Below are positions 62,845-64,000 of a DNA stretch of 64,000 nucleotides, one piece after another (positions within the stretch are counted from its first letter, which is position 1; each line of letters opens with the position of its first letter). The notes beneath the pieces were generated by a model that was not told the DNA's origin, did not search any database, and saw only the letters and a list, made by a program, of their open reading frames with translations. The stretch covers positions 108,750,001-108,814,000 of the forward strand of contig CM059432.1 of NCBI GenBank assembly GCA_030390025.1, read 5' to 3'. Made by a program: the position numbers and the translations under genes. The stretch comes from Squalus acanthias (taxonomy: Eukaryota).

Positions 62845-64000
62845 GTCCTGCCCCTCCCTTCCTCTCCCTTCCCCCACCCCCACCTGCGGGCCGGGCCCGG
62901 GCACTGCCCCTCTCTTTCCCCCTCCCCCACCTGCGGGCCGCCCCATACACTGCCCTTCAATTCCCCCCCTCCCCCACCCCCACCTGCGGACTGACCCATA
63001 TTCTGCCCCTCCCCCCCTCCCCCACCCCCACCTGCGGGCCGCCCCATACTCTGCCCCCCCCCCTCCACCAGCCCTCCCCCCCCCCGCGGGCCGCCCCATA
63101 CTCTACCCTTCCCTTCCCCCCCTCCCCCACCCCCACCTGTGGGCCGCCCCATACTCTGCCCTTCCCCCCCTCCCCCACCCCCACCTGCGGGCTGCCCCAT
63201 ACTCTGACCTTCCCTTCCCCCCTCCCCCACCCCCACCTGCGGGCCGGGCCCGGGCACTGCCCCTCCCTTCCCCCCTCCCCCACCCCCACCTGCGGGCCGC
63301 CCCATACTCTGCCCTTCCGTTCCCCCCTCCCCCACCCCCACCTGCGGGCCGGGCCCGGGCACTGCCCCTCCCTTCCCCCCCTCCCCCACCTGTGGGCCGC
63401 CCCATACTCTGCCCCTCCCTTCCCCTCCCCCTGTGGGCTGCCCCATATTCTGCCCCTCCCCCCCTCCCCTACCCCCACCTGCGGGCTGCCCCATACTCTG
63501 CCCCTCCCTTCCCCTCCCCCTGTGGGCTGCCCCATATTCTGCCCCTCCCCCCTCCCCCACCCCCACCTGCGGGCTGCCCCATACTCTGCCCTTAACTTCC
63601 CCCTCCCCCACCCCCACCTGCAGGCTGCCCCATACTCTGCCCCTCCCTTCCCCCCCTCCCCCACTCCCACCTGCGGGCTGCCCCATACTCTGCCCTTCCC
63701 TTCCCCATCCCCTGTGGGCTGCCCCATATTCTGCCCCTCCCCCCCTCCCCCACCCCCACCTGCGGGCTGCCCCATACTCTGCCCTTCCCTTCCCCCTCCC
63801 CCACCCCCACCTGCGGGCTGCCCCATACTCTGCCCCTCCCTTCCCCCCCTCCCCCACTCCCACCTGTGGGCCGCCCCATACTCTGCCCCTCCCTTCCCCC
63901 CTCTCCCACCCCCACCTGCGGGCCGCCCCATACTCTGCCCTTCCCTTCCCCCCTCTCCCACCCCCACCTGCGGGCTGCCCCATACTCTGCCCTTCCCTTC
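62845..64000. repeat. C-rich minisatellite of about 50 bp (CCCCACCCCCACCTGCGGGCYGCCCCATACTCTGCCC...), running off the window
   Basis: Tandem array with variant units, seen directly. Confidence 0.93.

Noticed and set aside
62696..63983. Pro/Gly-rich ORFs on both strands
   Set aside because: Minisatellite translation that is open in many frames.
1..64000. Further POU6F2 exons, including the POU and homeodomain exons
   Set aside because: I found no matching peptide. Short or diverged exons could have been missed without a spliced alignment.

Overview
Eukaryotic, vertebrate-type window. The repeat families (HER1-like CR1 LINEs, Deu-domain tRNA SINEs, Penelope-like ends, many PIF/Harbinger elements) point to a cartilaginous fish (inference). 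The only host-gene sequence I recognise is two consecutive coding exons of POU6F2 on the + strand (21126-21217 and 41988-42216, phase-compatible GT-AG junctions), so the whole window is probably intronic to POU6F2. The rest is layered transposon debris: more than 15 CR1-clade LINE pieces, two tRNA-SINE families, about a dozen Harbinger-related elements, a hAT-type MITE, Penelope-like ends and several minisatellites. The most notable items are: a full-length 4.1-kb Harbinger with a convergent three-exon Myb/SANT gene; an intact-looking minimal hammerhead ribozyme in an 89-bp TSD-flanked insert; MITE hairpins with compensatory substitutions; a SINE-head/LINE-body chimera; a LINE with two tandem 3' tails; and an RFX X-box near the second exon. 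I found no complete novel protein-coding system. Family names come from memory of consensus sequences and were not checked by any search.
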